NCBI GenBank assembly: GCA_964643725.1
Contig: CAZXTL010000001.1
Location: 41,935 to 105,934, forward strand
Length of the DNA stretch: 64,000 nt
Reading direction: 5' to 3'
From: an uncultured Candidatus Marinamargulisbacteria bacterium
Lineage (GTDB): Bacteria; Margulisbacteria; Riflemargulisbacteria; GWF2-35-9; DYQY01
The position numbers and the translations under genes are program-made. Each line of letters starts with the position of its first letter. Positions within the stretch are counted from its first letter, which is position 1. Below the pieces are notes generated by a model that was given only the letters and a program-made list of their open reading frames with translations, had not been told where the DNA came from and did no database searches. This document shows positions 61,866-64,000 of this stretch, one piece after another.

Positions 61866-62790
61866 TTAGTTCCTGATATTCCTTGTCCATGTTGCTATCA
61901 ATCCTAATACCTCCGCCACTTTTATAGTAATATTCATTTTGTTGTTTTTCAATGAATCTTATCATTACAGCACTATCTATGTTGTTACCGTCGAATATTC
62001 CCATTATTCCAGAATAATAACCTCTTTTATGGTTTTCGATCTTACTTATAAGTTCTACACATTTCTTTTTTGGTGCTCCTGTAATTGAGCCAGCAGGTAG
62101 AAGGGCATAAATTATATCGCCAAGTCTGCTGTGGTAACCATTAGGTAGTTTGCCTTTTATTTCTGAGCTCATTTGTAATAATGTTTTATTTGAAGTTGTA
62201 ATTTCATCAAGGTATTTAAATTTTGTAACAGTAACATCCTTTGCTACTAGGCTTAAATCGTTTCTAATAAGATCTACAATTGTAGTGTGTTCTTGGTTTT
62301 CTTTGGTGTCAGCAAGTAGTAAATCTTTAGCGTTAGGGATAGAAGCATCAATAGTGCCTTTCATCGGGTATGAGTAAATTTCCCCATCTGTAATTTTCAC
62401 AAAGGTTTCAGGAGAAAATACGACAAATTTGTCATCTATAAGTAGTTTGTATTTTGCAGTTGATGCGTAGAAGATATCTGTCAAAGATAAAGTAGCAGTT
62501 ATTTTTGAGGAGAAAGTTAAGTTTAGTAAGTAGTTGTTGCCTTTGATTTGTTCGTCTATTACTTTATTAAATGCTTTTTTGTAAATTATTTTTGATATAG
62601 GTTTGTAAGACAATGTTGGAGTTTTTTCAGTAGTAATATTTTTGTGATTTCGTTGTAAGCCAAAGTTATATTTGATAATGTTTGAATCAACATCAGTAAG
62701 ACGGATTACAATAGGATTTTTTAATTCATAATCTAAGATGAATAAAAATGGAGTTTTACTTGAGCCAAGTTCATTCATAAGGTCTTTCAT
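61837..62790 (-). CDS. pabB: Aminodeoxychorismate synthase component I (short form)
   Basis: FSPETF, PMKGT, KENQEHTTIVDLIRNDL, LPAGSITGAPK, RGYYSG, SAVMIR, SGGGI. Confidence 0.92.
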   Translation of the reverse strand: MKDLMNELGSSKTPFLFILDYELKNPIVIRLTDVDSNIIKYNFGLQRNHKNITTEKTPTLSYKPISKIIYKKAFNKVIDEQIKGNNYLLNLTFSSKITATLSLTDIFYASTAKYKLLIDDKFVVFSPETFVKITDGEIYSYPMKGTIDASIPNAKDLLLADTKENQEHTTIVDLIRNDLSLVAKDVTVTKFKYLDEITTSNKTLLQMSSEIKGKLPNGYHSRLGDIIYALLPAGSITGAPKKKCVELISKIENHKRGYYSGIMGIFDGNNIDSAVMIRFIEKQQNEYYYKSGGGIRIDSNMDKEYQELNDKIYLPIY

Positions 62791-62833
62791 AAAGCTATTT
62801 TATCATTCTTTTTCGTTAAGGTCTCATTGCCGA

Positions 62834-62967
62834 CCTCTCCCCGCAGAAGATATAAATATTTTCTAAGAAGTTTAAGATGCTGCGACCCTCTCCATTTCAT
62901 TAATGAAACGGAGAGGGTGACGGCATCAGGGGTTCTTTAAAGACACTTATAACTTCTGTGGGAGAGG
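62834..62967. repeat. Nested CCTCTCC/GGAGAGG palindromic element
   Basis: Outer CCTCTCCC (62834-41) and GGGAGAGG (62960-67); inner hairpin CCCTCTCC-ATTTCAT-TA-ATGAAAC-GGAGAGGG (62886-917). Confidence 0.7.
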
Positions 62968-62996
62968 TTGGTGAATTTACAAATGTATTCTATAAT
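62968..62996 (+). promoter_or_regulatory. Sigma70-type promoter of the riboswitch/receptor transcript
   Basis: TTGGTG (62968-73), 17 bp, TATAAT (62991-96). Confidence 0.55.
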
Positions 62997-63001
62997 ATCC
63001 A

Positions 63002-63120
63002 AAGCTTCTTACGGGAAAGAAGGGTGCTTCGATTATGTTTAGCATAAATTGAAAATTCCCTCACTGACCCGCAACCGTTAAAGTCGGAATGCCGTTAGAA
63101 GACTTATTTGCTCGAGGAGT
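63002..63120 (+). promoter_or_regulatory. Cobalamin riboswitch (compact form)
   Basis: GGGAAA (63013), GGGTG...AAATTCCC, ACTGACCCGCAACCGT, AGTCGGAATGCC. Flanks AAGCTTCTTACGG and CCGTTAGAAGACTT pair. A downstream hairpin carries TTGC and the RBS GAGGAG (63114-19). Lies upstream of a TonB-dependent receptor. Confidence 0.85.
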
Positions 63121-63129
63121 TGGCGTATT

Positions 63130-64000
63130 ATGTCTAAAGGTATTCTCAAAATTTTATTATGGTTAAGTTTATTTAGCTTTATTTTTTCACAAGAGATAGC
63201 AAAACTTAAGACAATTACAGTAGATGTTAAAGCTAATGGAGCGAATGGATATTATGATAAGCATAATAATTTTAGCTACATTGATGCAGGGATGCTTGAT
63301 TCTAGTATTGGAAATGATTCCAATGGGATTTTGAAAAAAGTTACTGGTATAAATGCTATTAATTCAGGTGGCACAAAGACAGTATTGTTAAATGGGTTTG
63401 CATCAAATCAGTCTAAAATTTTGTATCGCGGTGTTGATTTGTTTGATTCTTCTACACCACAAGGCACTCCTTATTTAGATGCTTTTTCAATGATTGGGAT
63501 TGATAGGGTTGAAATTATCAAAGGTGCAGCATCAACTTATTATGGAAATTCTGCAGTTGCGGGTGTTATTAATATCGTCCCTTCATTAAAGACAGACACT
63601 ACTTGTGCTTTTTTATTTGGGGAGAGGTATTTGGCAGAGAGCTTTAAAACAGGATTACTTGGAAGTTGGTATAGGTTGGGAGTTTTATATAATGATAGTA
63701 AGCAAGACCAGATTTCTTGGATGGATAGCGATACGGAGAAAGATTTAGAAGAAAAAAAGTCACTAGAATTAGATGCTGAATTTAGATTTGGTGATAAAAC
63801 AAATTTGGCCATGTTTTATTCGGAAAATAAACTTGATTCAGATTTGGATGGGTTTAACTTACATGTGTTAGCTAATCATGATTTATATGGGATAAAAGTT
63901 AATCAAGAGCTTGATAGTGATAGTACTTTAGAGCTTAACTATAATGGTTCTAATATACTAAGGAATTATGACGCAGGGTCTAGTGTTTTTCATGGTTATT
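63130..64000 (+). CDS. btuB: TonB-dependent receptor, probable cobalamin importer (partial; absent from the ORF track)
   Basis: Manual translation MSKGILKILLWLSLFSFIFSQEIAKLKTITV...LLNGF...IDRVEIIKGAASTYYGNSAVAGVINIV (plug signature), open to the window end. The BtuB call rests on the riboswitch. Confidence 0.85.
   Translation, partial: MSKGILKILLWLSLFSFIFSQEIAKLKTITVDVKANGANGYYDKHNNFSYIDAGMLDSSIGNDSNGILKKVTGINAINSGGTKTVLLNGFASNQSKILYRGVDLFDSSTPQGTPYLDAFSMIGIDRVEIIKGAASTYYGNSAVAGVINIVPSLKTDTTCAFLFGERYLAESFKTGLLGSWYRLGVLYNDSKQDQISWMDSDTEKDLEEKKSLELDAEFRFGDKTNLAMFYSENKLDSDLDGFNLHVLANHDLYGIKVNQELDSDSTLELNYNGSNILRNYDAGSSVFHGY

Overview
A 64-kb stretch of an AT-rich, LPS-making (diderm) bacterial chromosome that is mostly housekeeping genes. 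No prophage, integrase, transposase or CRISPR-cas locus is visible. The combination of lipid A genes, an SLH-domain protein and low GC would fit a lineage such as Candidatus Margulisbacteria, but that is a guess I cannot confirm from sequence alone. In order, the window holds: nadB (partial); a tetR-tolC-RND efflux operon followed by a sugar-binding protein and an output-less HAMP-PAS sensor; an AEC transporter; an SDR; a sulfur operon metY-cysK-thiS-thiF-rrf2; a PAS/CheR/hybrid-kinase/kinase module; a polysaccharide deacetylase; tRNA-Pro(GGG); hipBA; a degenerate plsY paralogue; lysC; ornithine decarboxylase; a pilMN-pilO-[fabZ-lpxA fusion]-lpxB operon; a disrupted beta-barrel gene; higBA; an SLH protein; the F1Fo operon atpBEFHAGDC; an M18 aminopeptidase; a flippase-only MprF-like protein; a FecR/beta-barrel protein divergent from a CHASE2 adenylate cyclase; ilvD; an M23 peptidase split at an A9 run; dnaE; a REC protein with an HATPase-less sensor; DUF4015; lgt; tatD; tcdA; pabC and pabB; and a compact cobalamin riboswitch ahead of a partial TonB-dependent receptor. 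Intergenic regions are dense with several REP-like palindrome families and short-period tandem arms, often nested. Best leads: the FabZ-LpxA fusion, the sulfur-carrier operon with a CymR-like operator, the candidate recoded M23 gene, the riboswitch with an extra hairpin, the CheR-without-chemotaxis module, the FecR-barrel/CHASE2 cyclase pair, the atypical ATP synthase regulatory elements, and the nested repeat mosaics. All family calls come from motif recognition by eye; no searches were run.
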